Part shown: one piece after another, positions 1 to 12,727 of the stretch
How positions within the stretch are numbered: the first letter of the stretch is position 1
Layout of the letters: each line of letters starts with the position of its first letter
NCBI GenBank assembly: GCA_951406725.2
Contig: OX597831.1
Coordinates: forward strand, 64,294,001 to 64,358,000
From: Octopus vulgaris
Taxonomy: Eukaryota
Direction: 5' to 3'
Length of the DNA: 64,000 nucleotides
The notes under the pieces: generated by a model
What the model was told of the DNA's origin: nothing
The model's input: only the letters and a program-made list of their open reading frames with translations
Databases searched by the model: none
Program-made: the position numbers and the translations under genes

Positions 1-95
1 TAAAATTTTTGTTGTTTTTACATTTTGATAGTAGTACCATACTTCCAATTATAACGATAAAGAGACATATGTGAATTAAATCAAAACTAAGGTAA

Positions 96-374
96 TCTAT
101 ATATATAAAACTGAGAATGTGTGTCTGTCTGTATCTATGTGTGTGAGTGTGTATGTGTGCATCACTAAAACTCAAGAACTAACCAACCAATTTCATTCAA
201 GTTTTACACATGCATTACTTAGGATCCATGGAGTGTTATGGGCCAAAAACATTTTCAACTTCTTGCCTAATGCAAGCCCTAAACAATCGCTTAGATTATT
301 TCAGTATAATGGTATAACGTGTAAAAAAAGGGAAACAATAACATCTCTATTATAATGTGATAGAATAGTTTCAC

Positions 375-413
<39 letters not shown>

Positions 414-480
414 TTGTTTGTATATATATATATATTAATACTTTCACTTGTAATACTTCCATTTCTTTTAGTTTCACTAT
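96..480 (+). mobile_element. Non-autonomous Helitron, 5' portion (3' end not seen)
   Basis: A|TCTATATATATAAAA start, then a (GTCT/GT)n tract and AACCAATTTCATTCAAGTTTTACAC, typical of Helitron-N 5' ends; no hairpin+CTAG terminus found. Confidence 0.5.
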
Positions 481-612
481 GTATATATATATACATGTTT
501 GGAAAATGATGCGTGGCGTTCGATCATATAATAATATAAATAATATATAAATATATGCATATATACATATACATATGCACATACCTACGTACATATGTAT
601 ATATACATGCAT

Positions 613-939
613 ATGGCCCCCGTGCTGGTGGCACGTAAAAAGCACCATCCAACCGTGGCCGTTTGCCAGCCCCGTCTGGCACCTATGCCGGTGGCACGTA
701 AAAAGCACCATCCAACCGTGGCCGTTTGCCAGCCCCGTCTGGCACCTATGCCGGTGGCACGTAAAAAGCACCCACTACACTCACGGAGTTGTTGGCATTA
801 GGAAGGGCATCCAGCCGTAGAAACACTGCCAGATCAGACTGGGCCTGATGCAGCCTTCTGGCTTCTCAGACCCCAGTTGAACCGTCCAACCCATGCTAGC
901 ATGGAAAGCAGACGCTAAATGATGATGATGATGATGATG
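613..939 (+). mobile_element. SINE family B ((GAT)n tail, modular 5' repeats), 5'-truncated
   Basis: Two tandem ~68-bp GGTGGCACGTAAAAAGCACC modules, TTGGCATTAGGAAGGGCATCCAG core, (GAT)n tail; >10 copies in window. Confidence 0.85.
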
Positions 940-1027
940 ATATGGGTACAGGACATATTTGGGATTTTTTGCAGAGGGTAAAAGTGGTAACAAGAACAGG
1001 ACAATAAGAACAAAACAGTAAAAACAA

Positions 1028-1340
1028 TGGGCAAGTGTCTTCTACTACAGCCTCAGGCTGACCAAAGCCTTGTGAGTAAATTTGATAGGTGAAAACTGAA
1101 AGAAGCCTGTCATGTGTGTGTATGTGTCTTTGTGTCTGTGTTTGTCCCCCACCACTGCTTGACAACCAGTGTTGGTGTGTTTACATCCCCATAGCTTAGC
1201 AGTTCAGCAAAAGAGACCAATAGAATAAGTACCAGGCTTAAAAAGAAAATAAATACTGGGATCAATTAGTTCGACTAAAATTCCTCAAGGCGATGCCCCA
1301 GCGTGGCCACAGTCTAATGACTGAAACAAGCAAGAGATAA
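1028..1340 (+). mobile_element. SINE family A, 5'-truncated diverged copy
   Basis: Matches family A from GGGCAAGTGTCTTCT to the GACTGAAACAAG tail. Confidence 0.8.
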
Positions 1341-1815
1341 ATGGTAAATGATCAAAATACAAATTGCAAAAAAAAAAAAAGTAGGGTGTAAATTTATTTT
1401 TTAAACTATACCAGAGGAATGAAAAAGGTTGGGAACCCCTAATTACAGCATTTACAAGGGTTTTGTTATTGTTTTTTCTCATTTACAAGAGTACAAATTT
1501 GTTAGGGCAGGGATAGTGAAATGAAGTGACTCTAGTACATGACTATACCTTGTTTTATCCATCCTAACAGATGAATGAACAGAGTGAATCCAAAGAGATT
1601 TGAAATCCCTGATGTAGCAGCACAGCAAAAAAAACACTATAATATTTCATCAGATACTTTGCCACATCTGCTAGGAAAGCGATTACAAGATGTCCATATA
1701 AGTAAAACACAATAGATAAGATCTGCTGATGTGTCAAAAGAAGGCATATCTAATCTACCTTCAACAGATGAGGGACAAGAGAGTAGGAAGACAGAGATGC
1801 CTGTTAAAGCTTTTA

Positions 1816-2219
1816 GGCGCAGGAGTGGCTGTGTGGTAAGTAGCTTGCTAACCAACCATATGGTTCTGGGTTCAGTCCCACTGCTTGGCATCTTGGGCAA
1901 GTGTCTTCTGCTATAGCCCCGGGCCGACCAATGCCTTGTGAGTGGATTTGGTAGACGGAAACTGAAAGAAGCCTGTCGTATATATGTATATATATATGTG
2001 TGTGTATGTGTTTGTGTGTCTGTGATTGTCCCCCCTAGCATTGCTTGACAACCGATGCTGGTGTGTTTACGTCCCCGTCACTTAGCGGTTCGGCAAAAGA
2101 GACCAATAGAATAAGTACTGGGCTTACAAAGAATAAGTCCCGGGGTCGATTTGCTCGACTAAAAGGCGGTGCTCCAGCCGCAGTCAAATGACTGAAACAA
2201 GTAAAAGAGTAAAAGAGTA
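1816..2219 (+). mobile_element. SINE family A (tRNA head, CORE-like box, internal (TA)/(TG) microsatellite, (GTAAAAGA)n tail), full length
   Basis: A-box-like TGGCTGTGTGG, B-box-like GGTTCAGTCC, CTTGGGCAAGT CORE-like motif; >20 copies in window. Confidence 0.9.
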
Positions 2220-2421
2220 AATGTACAAACTAGAGAAAAGGAATTGATGATTACCTTCATAGAAAAATGTTGATCAAATACTTTGGAAAATATACCCAGA
2301 GTCTCCAGCTGAGATTCTTCCTTAATGGACTGAATCCTAAAATAAGATTGAAACAAAAGAGGTAATTAGCTTTTCAAAACAATCATATTACAATATTAAC
2401 TGAAATGAAATTATGTAAATA

Positions 2422-2785
2422 CTAGCACTATGACCCGGCGTTGCCAGGTCATAGTGCTAGCGTATGCATATACAACTGCGTGCGTGCGCACATACACGTG
2501 AGTACTGTCCAAATCTCCAACCAATCACATACATCTAGTTGGTATTCAATTGGTGTATCAAGTTTCGGGCATTTTGATTGGGTTTTGGATAGAAAATTCA
2601 CAAAGAAGTCACTTCTATTGCTTTTTTAATGGCTTTGCGGGGTGACTGGGGAAATGTAAAGATGTGCACGACCACCCTTGGACGCTTTTAAATGACCATA
2701 GAAAGTGTGAGCCCTCTAACTGAAAAGTTGTGGATTTGTATAAAGGACATACACACAGACATTTTGCTGTTTATATATAGAGAGA
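2422..2785 (-). mobile_element. Non-autonomous Helitron, complete
   Basis: Minus strand A|TCTCTCTATATATAAAC...hairpin CTAGCACTATGACC(T/C)GGC-aac-GCCGGGTCATAGTGCTAG|T: TC start, CTAG end, AT target, no TSD. Confidence 0.8.
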
Positions 2786-3717
2786 TGTATTTGATTTTTT
2801 TTTGTTTTTTTATTATCAAGTTCAATAAGTTCATATAGATTATTTTTTATTGTCATTTGTTGCATGAAGAAACTCCACCGATTTAACGTTTAAGTAATTT
2901 AATCTTTGGAGTTCAACTTCTTGTCTCCCGTGAAAAAGATACTGTCTTTAGCACTAACGACTTTTCTTCTCGTTATGGGTTTAATATAAACTGTCTAAAA
3001 ATTATTTTTGGCTCTTTTACACTAAATATGTTAGCCTGTACTTAATTACTGAAAAGTGTCCCTTTAAAAAAAATAATTTTTCTCCATTAGAAAAAGCAAG
3101 GTGACCATAGATTTAAATCAACACTTGTTTACAACACGTTCCTCTCCAATGGAAGTGGTAGTAGTGGCAGTGGCAGCTGTGGTGATGACTAAAAATAACC
3201 TATTGATATAAAATTTCTAGATTATGTTAAGGTATTATGAATGAAATACTGTCATTTCTGTACGAAATTCTGAATTTTTATTACAAAAAATAATATTGAT
3301 AAAATAGATAACTGATCATCATTTTCAATTTTTAAATAAATATACATGATCTGACTGCTAGTTTTCAATGTAAACAAAAAGCACAGCAGTCAAAATTGTA
3401 CCTAGAAATTCATTGGAATAAAAAAGCTGGTTGTACACTGTAAAGAGTATAGAAAGAATTCAATGAGAAATTGAATAAATATAGTTTTGAATAAGAAACA
3501 AAGTGTTAAGTAGAAGTGATGGCCTTTGTGTGTAGAATACATGTAAGCCATCATGGTTGAAGAAAGGAGGAAAAACTATGATTTATTCAACATTTTGCTT
3601 TGTAGAAGTTTGTGATAATATCCTTTCCAAAGAATGATACAAGGGTGGGGAGAGTTTCTTGGTGCTATCTTTCACAAAAACCATTTTAATAATATCAAAC
3701 CAGTTGACAGCTATAAA

Positions 3718-4040
3718 TCATCATCGTTTAACGTCCATTTTCCATGCTGGCATGGGTTGGACGATTTTGACTGAGGGCTGGCGAACCAGATGGCTGCACC
3801 AGGCTCCAGTCTTGATCTGGCAGAATTTCTACAGCTGGATGCCTTTCCTAACGCCAACCACTCCGAGAGTGTAGTGGGTGCTTTTTATGTGCCATCGGCA
3901 TGGGGGCCAGCCAGGCAGTACTGGCAACGACCTCGTTCAAATCTTTTTACACATGCCACCGGCACAGGTGCCAGTGAAGCGACGTTGGTAACGATCACGC
4001 TCAAATGGTGACCTTTTACGTGCCACGGGTACAGAAGCCA
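3718..4040 (-). mobile_element. SINE family B
   Basis: Reverse complement of family B core, modules and (GAT)n tail. Confidence 0.85.
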
Positions 4041-4217
4041 TTTATCAAGCCGTTTATGTTTATCAATATATTTATCATTACCACACAACACCCCAGGCAT
4101 CATTTCACAACAAATATAAACAGAACCATATATGTTTTAACATTTTTGGTATCAGCCCTTCTGCGACAGCAGCTCCTGGTCCCATGGGACAAAGGCTTTC
4201 ATTTTTAAGTGTTCATA

Positions 4218-5068
4218 TTTAAGCCTTTATTCATATTTATTCCTTTATTCTGTCAAATGTAATGCATATTTATTCACATTGTTTTCAATTAATTATAAAT
4301 TATCTCATACCTTCAAGATTTAAATGAGGGATTGTTTATTTCTAGGATGACATTGTAGAGTAGGTGTGGGAGGCCAGATCTCTCTTTACTCTTTTATTTG
4401 TTTCAGTCATTTGACTGTGGCCATGCTGGAGCACCACCTTTAGTCAAGCAAATCAACCCCAAGACTTATTCTTTGTGAGCCTAGTTCTTATTCTATCAGT
4501 CTCTTTTGCCGACCCACTAAGTTACGGGGACGTAAACACACCAGCATCGGTTGTCAAGCGATGTTTGGGGGACAAACACAGACACAAACACACACACATA
4601 TATATATACGTATACATATATACGATGGGCTTCTTTCAGTTTCCATCTACCAAATCCACTCACAAGGCTTTGGTCAGCCCGAGGCTATAGTAGAAGACAC
4701 TTGCCCAAGGTGCCACGCAGTGGGACTGAACCCAGAACCATGTGGTTGGTTAGCAAGCTACTTAACACACAGCCACTCCTGGCCAGTTTCATCATAAAAC
4801 AGGTAGAATACTTTGGCTGACTTCAATGCTAAAGTGTTAAGCCTTTAGCATTCAGATTACTCTGTCAAATGTACTGCTTAGTTATTCACATTGTTTTGTT
4901 TTTTTAATTAATCATGCATTATCAAGTAACTTCAAGATATTGATGAGGTGATTGTTTATTTTTAGAACGACATTGTAAGGTAGATGGGAAAAGCCAGATC
5001 TGGTTGGTTTGAATGTAAAACAAGAATAACTGGGTCAGGTATGGTCAGTTTAAATGTTAAATGGTTAA
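4218..5068. mobile_element. Two adjacent piggyBac-like MITEs (family P2); the first is split by a SINE A
   Basis: TTAA-flanked CCTTTAGCATT...AATGCTAAAG(G)G ends; same body at 7723-7948 and 29836-30058. Confidence 0.65.
4381..4780 (-). mobile_element. SINE family A
   Basis: Reverse complement of family A, nested in a P2 MITE. Confidence 0.9.
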
Positions 5069-5217
5069 ATTAAAACCTTCTATAAAAAAAAAAGATCATG
5101 TTAAAATATTTGCAAAATACCAACTCATAGTGAAAAAAACTTATACCCTACACCAAACTTGCTGGCTCTGAGCCAGAATTTGAAACCATTACTATTATTA
5201 TTATTATTATTATTATT

Positions 5218-5672
5218 AAGGTGGCAAGCTGGCAGAATCATTAGCACACCTGGCAAAATACTTACTGGCATTTCATCCATCTTTACGTCCTGAGTTCAAA
5301 TTCCACCAGTCGACTTTGTCAGGTGCCAGTTGAGCACAGGAGTTGAGTAATTGATTATTTCCCTCCCCCAGAAATTCCAGGCCTTGTGCTTATTGTAAAA
5401 AGGATTATTATTATTATCATTATTATTATTATTATTATTATTAAGTGAGCTGGCAGAACCGTTAGCACACCAGGCAAAACACTTAGTGGCATTTGATTTG
5501 TCTTTATGTTCTGAGTTTCAATTCCGCCAGGTCAACTTTGCCTTTCATCCTTTTGGGGTCGATAAAATAAGTGCCAGTTGAGTAAAGGGGTTGATGTAAT
5601 TGACTTACACCCACCGCACCCCACCACACACATACATACAATTTCATTGCCATGTGCCAATAATAGAAAGGA
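5218..5672 (+). mobile_element. Two SINE family C copies (tRNA head + Nin/Deu-like domain) in (ATT)n
   Basis: GAGCTGGCAGAA..GTTAGCAC head, GAGTTCAAATTCC B-box, GCCTTTCATCCTTTNGGGGTCGATAAA domain. Confidence 0.8.
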
Positions 5673-5724
5673 TTATTGTTATTATTAATTACTACTACTA
5701 CTACTACTACTACTACTATTTATT

Positions 5725-6192
5725 TGTTTGGTAGCTTTAGCAAAAGAGGTTGTGTGGTAGACCAGAGTGAATGGGCTAAAGATAGCTACTTTCCTCTTTG
5801 GTCAAGCCCTCATCAACTTTTTTCAAGTTTCACTTGAAAAGGAAAGTGAAAGTAGAGAAGGAAGTGCCACCTTCCAGTAATTTTGTTGAAAAGTGGACGA
5901 ATGTAGCAAGAATGGTCCGAGTGAACAGACCTCCTCTAAGCATGCACCTATAGATTAAAGGAAGACAATATGGAAAGGGCGCTTGCCTGAGAGGTCAGGA
6001 CAACTGTGGTTTTGTGGAGTTTCCGCAAGCTGCTCTAGAAAATCTCCTGCTTGGGGGGAATTATTCATCATTAAAATTTATGTTGTTACTGTTTTTCTAC
6101 TTTTTACTCGCTTTTTTATGTAACCTTACATTGTATAGTTCTGTACTGTCCCCAACATTTTTGTGAACCCTTAGTGGTGAATAGAGAAAGCA
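5725..6192 (+). mobile_element. Tx1/L1-like LINE 3' end (decayed ORF2 C-terminus + 3' UTR)
   Basis: Translates AKEVVW*TRVNGLK...LINFF/KFHLKRKVKVEKEV...FVEKWTNVARMV with a stop and frameshift; T-rich UTR ending TGTCCC...CCCTTAGTGG..AATAG; clade assignment by motif resemblance. Confidence 0.55.
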
Positions 6193-6240
6193 TTATTATT
6201 ATCCCCTCCCCCAAGCTGCCCTTGTGGCAAAAATTTGAAA

Positions 6241-6270
<30 letters not shown>

Positions 6271-6272
<2 letters not shown>

Positions 6273-6834
6273 GAATGAGAGAGAAACGCATGCCATCAGA
6301 GTGACACTGGGGTGCAAATATATAAGCCCAATATACCCATCATGGCTACCCATCTGATAAAGGTACGTCAGGCACATGCATTACAACCATATGAGTGCGA
6401 CATGACAATCTCATATCAAGATAAACAGTGCATGACCTTCAAGTTGAAAAAACTCGACTTGAATTTTCTTCAAGTCGAGTAGCCCATCCTGCTCAAAAGG
6501 CCCCTGAATAAGGTTTGTTTTGAGGATGATGAACAAAACACCCAAGTTTCCAGAGATGAATAATTCAAATCCCAAAGAATTCCTCTCAACACATGGCTAT
6601 AATGCTCCCCTACTACTTCTGCTCATGGTCAGAGATGCACATATCGTCAGACACCAAGGGACATGCTCAACTGGTTATGGTCAAACAAATGACAAGCAAA
6701 TCTGTGGTATTGAGCAGAATATTTGCTGTAGCCCATCTTTTATACCAAGACAAAACAATGTACATGATGACACATCCAATCAGTTAAGATCAGAAGCTGT
6801 GAGAACCACTAACTAGTATTGTATCAGGTCGTTT
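6271..6834. mobile_element. Unclassified ~560-bp insertion inside an (ATT)n tract
   Basis: Complex non-coding sequence with (ATT)n on both sides; single copy here. Confidence 0.45.
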
Positions 6835-6850
6835 ATTACTATTATTATTA

Positions 6851-7185
6851 AGGCAGTGAGCTGGCAGAATCATTAGCATGATGGGCAAATTGCTTTTCAC
6901 CCACCTTGACATTCTGAGTTCAAATTCCACTGAAGTGCCTTTCATCCTTTCTGGGGGTTGATGTAATCAACTATCCCGCTCCACCAAATTTCAGGCCTTA
7001 TGCCTAAAGTAGAAAGGATTATTTTTATTTTTATTAAGGCGGAGATCTAGCCAAACAATTAGTATGCTGGGAATAATGCTTAGTGGCATTTCAACATTCT
7101 GAGTTCAAATGTTGACAGTGCTTTCACCCTTTTGGGGTCAATAAATAAGTACTAGTTGAACACTGGTGGGTGGGGGGGGGTCAAT
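6851..7185 (+). mobile_element. Two diverged SINE family C copies
   Basis: AAGGC..GAGCTGGCAGAATC head and GCCTTTCATCCTTT domain. Confidence 0.7.
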
Positions 7186-7371
7186 GTGGAGTTTTAGCAA
7201 CTGTCAAGCCTTGAAATATTTAGAACTCTTTAGATTTATAAGTTCAGATCTCAACCTATCGTTATAGACTGCTCTTCATTCTAGGGTTTCTTCACTGCAG
7301 AACAGGGAATTATGTATCAATAACAAGAACATAAAGGGCCGATACAGACAGACAATTTTTCTTTAAATTTG

Positions 7372-7662
7372 TTTTTTGTTTGTTCCTTCTCGAGCCCTGC
7401 CTGGCTCATAAGGGCCGGTTTCCCGGTTCCCCACATGGACGGGGCGCCGGTCCGTCGCAGGTGAGCTGCAAGATGCAGGAGGAAAGAGTGAGAGAAAGTT
7501 GTGGTGAAAGAGTCAGCAGAAGTTCGCCATCACCTTCTGCCGGAGCTGCGTAGAGCTTAGGTGTTTTCGCTCATAAACACACACATCGCCCAGTCTGATA
7601 TTCGAACTCGCGATCCCTCGACCGCGAGTCCACTGCTCTAACCACTAGGCCATGTGCCTCCA
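7372..7662 (-). mobile_element. SINE family D (tRNA-Arg-like head; resembles octopus OR-type SINEs)
   Basis: Minus strand GTGGAGGCACATGGCCTAGTGGTTAGAGCAGTGGACTCGCGG...GTTCGAAT; tail GGGAAACCGGCCCTTATGAGCC; imperfect TSD ACAATT(T/C)TTCTT. Confidence 0.8.
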
Positions 7663-7722
7663 CAATTCTTCTTAAAACTAATTATTTCTTCATGGAATTC
7701 TATTTGAACCAATGACCCCAGT

Positions 7723-7948
7723 TTAACCCATTAGCACCCATTCCTTTATCAAATGTTATGCTCATTTATTTATATTGCTTTGAATTAATCATGCATTATC
7801 TTGTAGCTTTCCGATTTCAATGATGTGATTGTTTATTCTTCAGAATGACATTGCAGGGCAGGTGTAAGAGACCAGATCTGACCAGCTTGAACATAAAGCA
7901 CGTAGAATATTTGAGCCTGGTATGGCTGATTTAAATGCTAAAAGGTTA
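7723..7948. mobile_element. piggyBac-like MITE (family P2)
   Basis: TTAA-CCCATTAGCA...TGCTAAAAGG-TTAA. Confidence 0.7.
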
Positions 7949-8359
7949 AAATCACCTGCTATGGAGCTGATATCTCTAACAGAATTTTTAAGATAAAATA
8001 AATTTCCTTGCATGGCTTTTCAACAATTCATTGTACCTGTAGTTTCACTATAAGTATATGAGTAAAAATTCTTATATAGACACAAGGTCAGAAATGCTAT
8101 GAGAAGAAAGAGCTGATTAAACCAACCTCAGAACTTCACTGGCTTTTTATTTTATTGGTCCAAAAGAATAAGAGGCAAAGTTGACTTCAACAAAATTCAA
8201 ACTCAGCTCTTAAAGAGCTGGTATAGGTATAATTTTGTCTAACACTAATATTTCTACCGATATGCCATCCCTGTAAGCACATAAGCAGTAAAAGTTTATT
8301 ACAAAAGACAAGAAAACCTAAAGCATGAGTGTAGTGGTGACAGGAAGGAAGCTTCAACA

Positions 8360-8530
8360 GTGTGTCTGAACCACTAGAAATGGCAGCCAAATCTCCCCAA
8401 GGTAATATCCTACCATCTTAAAGAAAACAATAAAGAACATATTATGTAATGTAGTTCTAACTATATGATTTATGGTGAAAAAAAAAGAAGATGGAATGGT
8501 CATGGCCGGAATGATTTTGATTATGATCAA
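8360..8530 (+). mobile_element. Old dispersed repeat family E (SINE-like)
   Basis: CTAGAAAT(A/G)GCAGCCAAATCTCC...GGTCA(T/C)GGCTGGAATG motif recurs at ~15190-15570, 22240-22385, 24230-24830, 31060-31250, 42985-43090, 47270-47420, 50640-50810, 52355-52520, 53230-53400. Confidence 0.6.
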
Positions 8531-9027
8531 GGTTGATCAGATTGGAGCCTGGTGCAGCCTTCTGGCTCGCCAGCCCTCAGTCAAACAGTCCAACCCATGC
8601 CAGCAAGGAAAGCGGACGTTAAACAATGATGATGATGGTGATGTTGATCTGGGACTAAACAACAATTTTGGCATGACCTCACTTGTCATTAAAACTCTAC
8701 AAAGATGAAAATAAACAAACCATTGCAACTTAACCTTTATTTGAATCACGAGGGGTGGTGGCGGCAGCGGCGGCGGTGGTGTGGTGTAGTGGAGTGGAGG
8801 TGGAGATGGTGGTAGTGTGGTAGAGAAGGAGGTTAAAGCTATCAAAGCCACAATTTTAGCTGTGTGTGTGGGGGGAGGGGGTCCATAGATGAAGAAGACA
8901 AAGTTGAACGAAGGAAATTATAACAAGTAATAATTAAGAACAGGCTTTAGTCTGACAATCCAGAAATGACAGCCATTTAGTAGGGTTCGCTGGGAGATCT
9001 GATCAGGAAAAACATACAGATAACATA

Positions 9028-9199
9028 GGTGCAGGAGTGGCTGTGTGGTAAGTAGCTTGCTAACCAACCACATGGTTCCAGGTTCAGTCCCACAGCGTGG
9101 CATCTTGGGCAAGTGTCTTCTGCTATAGCCCCGGGCCAACCAATGCCTTGTGAGTGGATTTGGTAGACGGAAACTGAAAAGAAGCCCGTCGTATATATG

Positions 9200-9232
<33 letters not shown>

Positions 9233-9449
9233 TTGTGTGTCTGTGTTTGTCCCCCTAGCATTGCTTGACAACCGATGCTGATGTGTTTATGTCCCCGTTA
9301 CTTAGCGGTTCGGCAAAAAAGACCGATAGAATAAGTACTGGGCTTACAAAAGAATAAGTCCCGGGGTTGAGTTGCTCGATTGAAGGCGGTGCTCCAGCAT
9401 GGCCACAGTCAAATGACTGAAACAAGTAAAAGAGTAAAAGAGTAAGAGT
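9028..9449 (+). mobile_element. SINE family A, full length
   Basis: Head-to-tail match to family A. Confidence 0.9.
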
Positions 9450-9882
9450 ATATCACATAATCAGGATGAAAATGCGGTGGAATTAGGATTGCAGAGAGGA
9501 GCGGGGTACAGGCTTCTGAGATGGTAATGCAAACAGGATAAAACATGGAAACAAAAGGGAGAAGGCGGCGGTGGTGGTGGTGGTGGTGGTGGAGGAGTAC
9601 CTGCCCCCTATAAACACACACACACCTTCCGTGCACACATACATATATGTGTCTATGTATAATCCGCTCATACTGAATAATGGTCAATACTGAAATGATA
9701 CCAATGGCCATGAATAGAGGTGAGAAAAGGTGGGTATAGGAACTGTAAGAGCTGACCAGAAGGGATTGGAACTGGGTGAATTCACTGGGTTGAGGAAGGG
9801 AGAGAGAGAAAACACTAATAAAAAAAAAAGGGATGGAAATACACACATTAACAGCAGCAAGCAAGCTAATGGGATAAAGCAT

Positions 9883-9883
9883 A

Positions 9884-9934
<51 letters not shown>

Positions 9935-9966
9935 GGCACACAAACACACACACACAAATACACACA
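9883..9966. repeat. (CA)n microsatellite
   Basis: Long CA run. Confidence 0.95.
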
Positions 9967-10764
9967 TATCAGCTGGTACCAGTTTTTTTCTTTCTTTCAG
10001 CTACCACTCCCTTACTTTGTTCAACATTTCCTCTTCCCACAAACCCCCTGCTCCCCTACAACACCCACCCACCCACACCCACACACTGTCCTCCTATCCA
10101 AGCCTTAGAATTATTGAAAGGTGGGTGGAGGAGGAGAAAGGAAGTACAAGAGAGTAATAAAAGAAGATGGAAGTAGGAGAAAGAAAGGAAGAGAGAGAGA
10201 GAGAGTAAGAAGAGTAGTGGTTTCGAATGAGTTCCATTCATGATTCACATTGAATCATTTCCATCCCAGCATAATCCCTATTTTCTTTTCCAGCTGGGCA
10301 GGCTGTTTCATCTGCTCTCCTTTATTATAACACCAGTCTCTCTGTGTGATGTATGCCAGTTCCAACCTCCAGCAAACACTTCACTATATACACTCTCTCA
10401 TCCCTCGCTTCCCATCTCTCTCTCTCTCTCTACTTCATACACACGCATACAGCCTCCAACAATCTTAATACACGGAAAATTAGGATCATTTACTGCGCCG
10501 AGTTTTCAACACTTGCAATCCTGCACTGATTTACTGCACAGTTTTTGTTATTCAGACGTTACGCACAAACGAAACGGAGACAGTAAAACTGAAGTAGCCA
10601 ACTAGGTAAATCATCACACTGCCTGCCCATGAATCACAAGTTCAAATCCACTGCAAGTGCTTTTCTGTGTTCCTGGGGCAGAAAGAACACTTGATTCAAA
10701 TTTGCATTACTTAACCTGTCAGGCAAATCACCTTGAAAATTTATTTTCAAATATCTATTTATTT

Positions 10765-11555
10765 GGCTGTGTGGTAAGTAGCTTGTTTACCAACCACATG
10801 GTTCCGGGTTCAGTCCCACTGCGTAGCACCTTGGGCAAGTGTCTTCTACTATAGCCTCGGGCCAACCAAAGCCTTGTGAGTGGATTTGGTAGACGGAAAC
10901 TGAAAGAAGCCCATCGTATATATGTATATATATGTATATATGCATGTGTGTGTATGTGTATCTATGTTTGTCTCCCTAGCATTGCTTGACAACCGATGCT
11001 GGTGTGTTTATGTCACCCGTTACTTAGCAGTTCGGCAAAAGAGACCGATAGAATAAGTACTGGGCTTACAAAAGAATAAGTCCCGGGGTCGAGTTGCTCG
11101 ATTAAAGGCGGTGCTCCAGCATGGCCGCAGTCAAATGAGTGAAACAAGTAAAAGAGTAAAGAGAGTATTGATGCAGGCATGGCTGTATGTTAAGAAGCTT
11201 GCTTCTCAACCACATGTTTCTGGGTTGAAGCCCACTGCATGGCAACTGGAGCTAGTGTCTTCTACTATAGTCTCGGGCCAACCAAAGCCTTGTGAATGGA
11301 TTTGGTGGATAGAAAATGAAAGAAGCCTCTCTCTCTCTCTCTCTCTTTGTTTTTGTCCCCCACAACCACTTGACTACCACTGTTGGTATGCTTATATCCT
11401 GGTAACTTAGCAGTTTGGCAAAAGAGACTGATAGAATAAGTAACCAGGCTTTAAAAAACTAAGACCTGAGATCAATTTGTTCAACTAAAACCTTTCAAGG
11501 CAGTGCCTCAGCATGGCCACAGTCAAATGACTGAAACAAGTAAAAGATAAAAGAT
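10765..11555 (+). mobile_element. Two tandem SINE family A copies (young + diverged)
   Basis: 10765-11166 and ~11169-11555 both match family A. Confidence 0.85.
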
Positions 11556-11947
11556 GCTTATTTTGAAATCTAATTCAAACACTTATGGAGAGATATATTC
11601 TTGCTAAAAATACGAATGCAGAAAAGGTTAATGCTTATAGATCTTTAAGAATTTGATTGGGTTTCCCAAATATGATTTTTCATTAAGCAGGCTAGTTACT
11701 GGTTAGTAATTGTTGTCAGCCCTCTCAGATACTGTTTCTGTACTACATGTCCTGCAACTGTTCAAAAGGAATATTAATTGATCTGAGAGGGTCTGTAAAA
11801 GTCATAGCCACAGTCCCTCTTCCCTGGAAAAATAAGAAAAAGTTGACATTTGCTGGAAAACTGTGGGATGAGTGGAAACCCCAGAGGGTTTGAGAGTAAG
11901 GATTGGGAATTAAACTGTAGGGGCGATGGGAGTAGGAAAGACAGGTG

Positions 11948-12345
11948 GGATCTTTTTGGTTAACATAATTTCTAGGTAACTAAAAAATTTTAAACTTCGT
12001 ATACTGGTAGAATGTGTTTATAAAACATCTTTTTCTCTTGGCTTTATTGAGAAAATTCTATGGTTTGTAAGATATTTGTTGTTTTTTTTCTTCAATTTCT
12101 GCAATTTCAACCACTCACTGATGTCTATTGAGGTAAAAAAAACATTCTGTGCCGTATGAATATGTCCCTCATTTAAGAAACAGATTGGGTTTATTTACAT
12201 TTGTGAAGAAAAAAAGATACCCTTCCCCCACCCCTAACCCTAAAACAGATTGAAATGCAATAGATCGATACTAGGGTCATAATTATGGGTGACAATTTCA
12301 TATGACACCGCTAGAAAAAAACTGCCGTTCAAACCAAAAAGATCC
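11948..12345. mobile_element. Merlin-like MITE (GGATC..GATCC TIRs)
   Basis: Perfect 8-bp TSD GACAGGTG (11940-11947 / 12346-12353); left TIR internally deleted. Confidence 0.85.
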
Positions 12346-12509
12346 GACAGGTGTGTTGGATAAAAGTAACATGTAACCAGCTAGTTCAGGTGAGCATAAG
12401 CAAATGTAGTAATGACAGAAGAGACAGAGAAATGAGGTAATATGCCTGTAGGTTTGGGATTGTAATATGAGCTATGTAAAGTCTTGTTCTTTAAATATTT
12501 AATGTAAAT

Positions 12510-12720
12510 CAGGGGTTTCTCAACCATTTTTCATCTATGGACCTCTTTGATTACTATTTCATTCTGGTGGACCCCAATAGCCATTCAATGTTTAAAAACT
12601 AGTTTTATTGAAATTTCTTTCATATTTCCTGTTTTGTTTTTCACTAATTAACTTGTATAGGTTGAACTATGCAAAATGTTAGAGATAGAAATTTCTTGCA
12701 ATACATACACCTAAATAAAA
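12510..12720. mobile_element. hAT (Charlie-like) MITE fragment
   Basis: CAGGGGTTTCTCAACC terminus; body shared with 30716-30983 and ~46316-46590. Confidence 0.55.
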
Positions 12721-12727
12721 ATAAATA

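Noticed and set aside
1637-2041. Recurring peptides such as [14 protein letters not shown] and QIHSQGFG in many ORFs
   Set aside because: Antisense translations of SINE A, not a gene family
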